Source of the DNA: an uncultured virus (IMG/VR IMGVR_UViG_3300047499_000163)
Lineage: Duplodnaviria; Heunggongvirae; Uroviricota; Caudoviricetes
Strand: one strand, 5' to 3'
DNA: 20,000 nucleotides
Virus record (IMG/VR): IMGVR_UViG_3300047499_000163
The position numbers and the translations under genes were made by a program. Positions 15,723 through 20,000 of the stretch are shown piece by piece (within the stretch, counting starts at the first letter, position 1; each line of letters opens with the position of its first letter). Below the pieces are notes generated by a model, which made no database searches, was not told the DNA's origin, and saw only the letters and a list, made by a program, of their open reading frames with translations.

Positions 15723-15981
15723 ATGGCTCTCAATCCTTCTCGTCATTTTTGGGGTAAACCAGCTTACACATTTGTTCCATCATGTCAGGACACAAGAATC
15801 TTTCCAACACCGGAAGTTCAAAGACGTCAGGCTCACCCTGCGAGACGGGACTGTTCACACGCCAGTCAACGGCTGGAAGTGCAAGCGGTGCGGCCACATC
15901 TGGTGGGACTGCACGCCGCCTCGGCCGAGAGCCGAGCCCATTTGCCATATGCTCATCGTGAGCAAAGTGATGGAATCATGA
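15723..15981 (+). CDS. Zn-ribbon protein, HxW/CxxC/C class, VMES tag; apparent frameshift near 15800-15817
   Basis: MALNPSRHFW... joined to FKDVRLTLRDG...WKCKRCG...ICHMLIVSKVMES*. Confidence 0.75.
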
Positions 15982-16268
15982 ACGAACGGGACTACAGCGA
16001 AGCGGTGTACGACTGGCGAAGGACGGGCCGGCAGGACGCCGCGAACGTGATGGACCCGAACGAGATCGAGGACCGTCTCGGCAAGGAGCCCTCTGCTGCG
16101 GCCGTCAAGAAGTGGCTGCTCGAGGAGACGGATCCCGAGATCTACCTCGAAATGCCCGGGGATGTCACGGAGGAGCAGAAGAAGGGCCTGCTCGATGCAT
16201 GGGCGGATGGCTGGTCGGCGTACGCTTCGCATGCCATGGTCGGAAGGCCAAGGCCGGAGGATTCGTGA
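15978..16268 (+). CDS. hypothetical acidic protein
   Basis: ATGA overlap; MNERDYSEAVYDW...AWADGW. Confidence 0.8.
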   Translation: MNERDYSEAVYDWRRTGRQDAANVMDPNEIEDRLGKEPSAAAVKKWLLEETDPEIYLEMPGDVTEEQKKGLLDAWADGWSAYASHAMVGRPRPEDS

Positions 16269-16549
16269 CAGAGGAGTTGCCCTCAATCCAGTGCGACTAC
16301 TGCTGGGGAGATTCGCCGTCGCAGCAAGTACCGGACCGAGGGAGCCGGTGCCCGCACGAGGCCGAGCTTTTCTACATGATAAAATGTCGCCCCAACAGGC
16401 GAGATACCATGGAGGTCGCCCGGAGGCTCGGCCGCGACTTGTATATCTCGGCAAGGTGCCCGGCGCATCCGCGAGCGGATTCCACGCTCTTCGAGCGCCA
16501 GCCCATCAGCCGGGCCGAGTACCTGGTCGCTGAAGTGATGGAGTCGTGA
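16265..16549 (+). CDS. small CCCH-type protein, VMES tag
   Basis: CDYC...CPHEAELFY...SARCPAH...ISRAEYLVAEVMES*. Confidence 0.85.
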   Translation: MTEELPSIQCDYCWGDSPSQQVPDRGSRCPHEAELFYMIKCRPNRRDTMEVARRLGRDLYISARCPAHPRADSTLFERQPISRAEYLVAEVMES

Positions 16550-16773
16550 CAAGCCCCATCCGCCCCGACCAGCACGATTGGAGGAAGGGAGGAAGGCTCC
16601 GCTTGCCAGCGGACGTGCGTCCAGGAAAGCCCGCCCTGTGGCTCTACTCGTGCAGGAAATGCGGTCACTCGACCGCGGCGCAGTTCCAACCGAGCCGGAA
16701 CGCAAAAGTCCAGCTCAAAAGCGGGAACTTCTCCTGCGATGAGTACCTAGCGCGCAGGATCCACGAGAGCTGA
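16546..16773 (+). CDS. small Zn-ribbon protein, HxW/CxxC/C class, IHES tag
   Basis: HDW...YSCRKCG...SCDEYLARRIHES*. Confidence 0.85.
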   Translation: MTSPIRPDQHDWRKGGRLRLPADVRPGKPALWLYSCRKCGHSTAAQFQPSRNAKVQLKSGNFSCDEYLARRIHES

Positions 16774-16776
16774 GGG

Positions 16777-17094
16777 TCACTCCTCGCCGCGAGCCCGGCG
16801 CTTCTCGTGAGATACCCGGCCGCCGACGCGACCCGCGCGCCTGGCCTCTTCCGAAGTGAACTCGTGAGCGGTGCCTGCTCGGTGGGCAGCCTTGCCGCCT
16901 TTGCGGGCAATCTCGGACACGAGCTTGCGGTCCATGGCCGCAAAGCCGCGGGGTCGGGATTTGTCCGAATAGGGACCGGGCTGGGACCGAGGGGCTTCTT
17001 TCGCGGCAGGAGTCTCGGCCACGGTGTCCAGACCGTGGCATTCGGAGAACTTCTTGCCGGAAGCGCAGGGGCAAAGGTCTGAGGGAGCGGGCAT
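16777..17094 (-). CDS. SEC-C motif + KGG-repeat general stress protein (alternative start 17115)
   Basis: LCPCASGKKFSECHG; RGFAAMD...EIARKGGKAAH..GTAHEFTSEEARRAGRVGG. Confidence 0.88.
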   Translation of the reverse strand: MPAPSDLCPCASGKKFSECHGLDTVAETPAAKEAPRSQPGPYSDKSRPRGFAAMDRKLVSEIARKGGKAAHRAGTAHEFTSEEARRAGRVGGRVSHEKRRARGEE

Positions 17095-17111
17095 CGCCTG
17101 CCACTCTACAC

Positions 17112-17508
17112 TCATTCGAAGGTGCGCTCGTCTGGATGGGCTTGGAGAAATTCCGCCAGAACGTTGGGCAGAAGCCCCTCTCCGACATCTTCGCCGTTGA
17201 TGGTCTGCGGGGTGAACGCCACGTATTTGTTGCCGAACTCCTGCATGAGCTTGGTCTGAAATTGTTTGTCCTGCAGAAGCGTGCAGGATCTCGTCGTCGG
17301 AGATGGAACTCTCTTCCGATTCCGGCTCCATGTCGGCTGGTCCGACGAATTCTATCGACGCCGTGGCGTCAGAGCTGTCGGTATTCTTCCAATCGTAGTC
17401 CAGCTCGGCAAAGCAGAGGACCTTGACATCGGGGCTCTTGCCATTCCACGCAAGCCGGGTGCGACTTGCGATACGCAGATTTGGCCAACGCGCGCGTGCC
17501 ACGCGCAT
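17112..17508 (-). CDS. hypothetical protein; frameshift near 17280
   Basis: MRVARARW...ISDDEILH joined to LLQDKQFQTKLMQEFGNKYVAFTPQ...DERTFE*; the second frame has typical GC3 codons. Confidence 0.6.
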
Positions 17509-17527
17509 AGCAGCAAGGGGTACAAGC

Positions 17528-17992
17528 CTACCTGCAGACGACGGCGATGATGGCCGAGGGAAGATACGAGACGTAGCACTCTTCGTCAGCGTCGCCCACG
17601 ACGCGCACGAGGTATCCGCCGAGGTCGGTGTTGTTGACGGTGAAGTTGCAGAGCGAGAGCTTGGCGCGGCCGACTTCTTGCGAACCGTGGCGCCCGCCGA
17701 GGACGGGAGAGAGGAACTGCACGTCCACATACTCGGGCGTCAGGGCCTTGCACTCGACGAGACCGGGATAGTGGTCCGACAGTTCTTCGAAAAGGCGCTG
17801 CAGACGGTCCTGCATCCCCACGTCAGCCATGGCCGAGGGTACGGCGCGCGAGGTCGCGTTTCCGTCCGAGCTGCGCCGAAGATGCTCGGACTGGATCAAT
17901 TTCAACAATTTCTCGCGGGTTCTGGAAGGTGCGCGCGAGACCAGCTTGGAAAACCCGCCTTCGGGGTTCTTCGCAGCATGCAGCACCTGCAT
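17528..17992 (-). CDS. hypothetical protein (start uncertain)
   Basis: 154-aa ORF; C-terminal half is protein-like. Confidence 0.55.
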   Translation of the reverse strand: MQVLHAAKNPEGGFSKLVSRAPSRTREKLLKLIQSEHLRRSSDGNATSRAVPSAMADVGMQDRLQRLFEELSDHYPGLVECKALTPEYVDVQFLSPVLGGRHGSQEVGRAKLSLCNFTVNNTDLGGYLVRVVGDADEECYVSYLPSAIIAVVCR

Positions 17993-18043
17993 GCTTGGAG
18001 CGACCTATTGTTTCATTATGTCGTACCGTCTCCTACACAGTCT

Positions 18044-18266
18044 TCAGGAGGTCATGACCTGCCAGGCAACGAAGTCGCCGAGAGTGATCTCATCACCCGG
18101 CAGCTCGGTACCACGAGACCCCACCGCGCCGAGATGTTCGGCGCAGTACGCTTGGAGCCAGACTGCGCCGGACGGATAAGTCCTGGCGAAGAATCTCTGG
18201 GCGAGCTGGCCGCAGAGTCTCGAAGGGTCGCCGCCCTCCGCCAAAGTCAAAAGTGCAAGTGACCAC
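18044..18266 (-). CDS. small CCCH-type protein, VMTS tag; apparent frameshift near 18237
   Basis: MVTCTFDFG joined to ...LCGQLAQRFF...AYCAEH...EITLGDFVAWQVMTS*. Confidence 0.75.
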
Positions 18267-18766
18267 ACGAGCAGCGTACACCGAGTTGGGTGACGGACAA
18301 GCCGGGATTTCTCTCGGACAGCCGAGGAGCTGCTCGTCGACCGAGCAGAGAGTCTCGCAACCGGGAGAGCCGACGAAACTCATGCGCGTGCGACGAGTAC
18401 GCCGTTTGGGCTGTGATGACCAGCTGAAGAACGTGGTGCAGCAACCCGCAGAACCCAAACCCGAGCCACACCCGAGCCACCTGGAACCCTCCGAGCCAGA
18501 CGGCAGAGGCTTAGACGGGCTGGTCATTTGTCGAGGCCCCAGATCGTCGCCACCGCCGAGGCGCTGCAGCAAGTACCACGGCGAGTGGATGACTATGCGC
18601 CTTCGAGAAGGCGCCAGCGCTTCCCCACGAAATCCCTGACCCGTCCAAGGGCACTTACCAGCCCCGAGCTTTGGGTCGGACGCGGACGCGGACCCGAGCT
18701 GTCCGGACCATGCTCCAGAAGCATCCCAAGTAGTGGAAAGCGCGTCCCGGCCGCCGTACCTGAGTT

Positions 18767-19033
18767 GTGCCACCGATTGCCGACCCCTGCCCGACCTGCG
18801 AAAGCATCCTCCACCTCGCACAAGACGGGCGGCGTCCTTCGAGACCAGGACGGACGGGCGGGCAAGATGCGGACTTGCCGCAGAGCACTTCTACATCCTG
18901 CCGTACGACCCAGCAGCCAGAGGGCAGCTTTCGGCGAGGTGTGAGGGCCACAAAATCCCCGACCGAAGAACGAGGACTGCGCCGGCGCTTGACCCGAGAG
19001 GAGTACCTGGTGGCGGAAGTGATGTTCTCGTAA
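18767..19033 (+). CDS. small CCCH-type protein, VMFS tag; two compensating frameshifts
   Basis: CPTC...; shifted frame RCGLAAEHFY...SARCEGH; ends LTREEYLVAEVMFS*. Confidence 0.75.
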   Translation: MPPIADPCPTCESILHLAQDGRRPSRPGRTGGQDADLPQSTSTSCRTTQQPEGSFRRGVRATKSPTEERGLRRRLTREEYLVAEVMFS

Positions 19034-19042
19034 AGTCCGAGT

Positions 19043-19362
19043 ATGAGCTCGGACGTTGGGGACGTACGCATGGGAAGAGATGGTCACGACGGACGACGGG
19101 CGGCAGTTCTGGACGGTGGTGGTCTGGTGCGGCTGGAGAGTGGCCCGTCTCGCCCTTCCGTGGGCCTTCCTGCTGTCTTGCGGCCCGAGACCCTCCCCCG
19201 GGACCGTCCCGAGCCTCCTGTCCTCCCGGAACCGGAGAGAGCCCGCCCGCCCGAGGTGCTTCGCGGGAGACCCCAACGGAAGCGGACGGGGAGAAGCTGG
19301 GGTCTTTGCACGAAGTCCCGTGCCCGGCTCCTCCCGTCCCAGAGGCCAGCCCTGAGGACTAG
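19043..19362 (+). CDS. possible Pro-rich protein, frame uncertain
   Basis: Fills the gap; hydrophobic segment ending FLLSCG in one frame and a Pro-rich segment in another. Confidence 0.25.
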
Positions 19363-19567
19363 CAGGACATGACCCACCAGATGGTTTCCTCGTCCGGGGC
19401 AAGACGCTTCAAAGTGATGTCGTAGGAAGGCATGCTCCCCGGAGCAACCAGTGTGCCCGTCCAGGCTGCTTTTCGCAGGACATGACCCACCAGGGACCGT
19501 CCTTCTCCACGAAGATGGCTGCCCGGCTCGGCAAGACCGGAAAGCGCCACGGCGGGACCGGAATCAT
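19359..19567 (-). CDS. small protein with VMSC tag variant; apparent 1-bp deletion
   Basis: MIPVPPWRFP...WWVMSCEK... joined to LKRLAPDEETIWWVMSC*; ATG 12 nt from a GTA box. Confidence 0.5.
19362..19493. repeat. exact 19-bp direct repeat GCAGGACATGACCCACCAG
   Basis: Copies at 19362-19380 and 19475-19493. Confidence 0.95.
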
Positions 19568-19605
19568 ACGGGAAAGTACGCCCGAGAAGAACGTATCCTG
19601 AGAAG

Positions 19606-19902
19606 ATGCTGATTGGTCACGACCTACCCTGCGACCTCTGTTTCATTGAGGCCACCGATCAGAAAAACCAGAGTGCTTCCGGTTTTCCGACATGGTTGAC
19701 GCAAGATGAGCTGCCTCGAGGAACTAGGGAGATTCTGCTGGGAAGGTCTACAGCGTCCGTCTGCAGCCGGCATCTCGAGGCGGCCTCCAATGGGATGCGA
19801 AGTAGGGATGGCAAGTTGGCGGAGATTCTATGCAAGCATGGGAGGCGTTTCTCCGAATGCAAGCGAGCGCTCTGCGTCGTCGAAGGGATAATGCGGAGCT
19901 AG
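19606..19902 (+). CDS. Cys/His-rich protein, IMRS tag
   Basis: CDLC...CSRH...CKH...C...LCVVEGIMRS*. Confidence 0.75.
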   Translation: MLIGHDLPCDLCFIEATDQKNQSASGFPTWLTQDELPRGTREILLGRSTASVCSRHLEAASNGMRSRDGKLAEILCKHGRRFSECKRALCVVEGIMRS

Positions 19903-19910
19903 ACCTCGGA

Positions 19911-19980
19911 ACCGGGAAAAAATCCCCGGATCCCCGGAAAAATCCCCGGCGGCGGCTCCGCGGGCTGGGGGGGGGGGGGA
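19911..19980. repeat. short repeats (GGAAAAA[A]TCCCCGG x2, ATCCCCGG x3) and a G13 run
   Basis: Directly visible at the end of the window. Confidence 0.7.
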
Positions 19981-20000
19981 CGGGGGCGCCGTTCGCCCCG

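Noticed and set aside
17474..17498. CGCAGAT-N15-GTG near-match to the promoter on the plus strand
   Set aside because: GTG instead of GTA, antisense inside a gene, and no plus-strand gene downstream.
16777..17730. Single 317-aa ORF joining an unknown domain to SEC-C/KGG
   Set aside because: Better explained as separate genes merged by a frameshift near 17280; the alternative frame has typical codons and stops at 17112.
22..18262. Long plus-strand ORFs such as 22-720, 3366-4115, 4521-5555, 6131-6958, 10879-11607, 13664-14404 and 17423-18262
   Set aside because: Antisense shadows of GC3-biased minus-strand genes, with no motifs or SD sequences.
18253..18760. ORFs on either strand between 18253 and 18760
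   Set aside because: No frame has convincing codon bias or motifs; possibly a frameshifted gene or non-coding DNA, so left uncalled.
1..20000. CRISPR array, tRNA, integron attC cassettes or DGR template/variable repeats as explanations for the repeated gene ends
   Set aside because: No regularly spaced identical repeats, cloverleafs, attC-like palindromes, reverse transcriptase or adenine-specific variant pairs were seen; similarity among tag genes is at the protein level.

Overview
GC-rich, gene-dense DNA with about 55 mostly short CDSs, many coupled by ATGA/GTGA stop-start overlaps. It most resembles an accessory or early region of a large (jumbo-type) phage. A Myxococcota/Planctomycetota-like host is only inferred from gene styles, and no structural genes are visible. 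Recognisable genes are a SWIM-finger ATP-dependent DNA ligase, a calcineurin-like metallophosphoesterase, a PHP-less family X DNA polymerase, a small P-loop/AAA-like protein, two HNH nucleases and a SEC-C + KGG stress protein. Two unexplained signals dominate. (1) About 20 otherwise diverse small proteins, from at least three structural classes and on both strands, end in the same C-terminal tag, [VIA]-x-x-[VI]-[MH]-x-[SA]-stop (e.g. V-x-x-VMES*). (2) At least 12 copies of a fixed-spacing bipartite promoter-like motif, CGCAGAY-N15-GTA, lie about 12 nt before a Shine-Dalgarno (SD) sequence or a leaderless start codon. There is also a diverged tandem module duplication with a chimeric HNH at its junction. 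Many small genes carry 1-2 bp frameshifts, probably long-read errors, so several gene models below are manual reconstructions.
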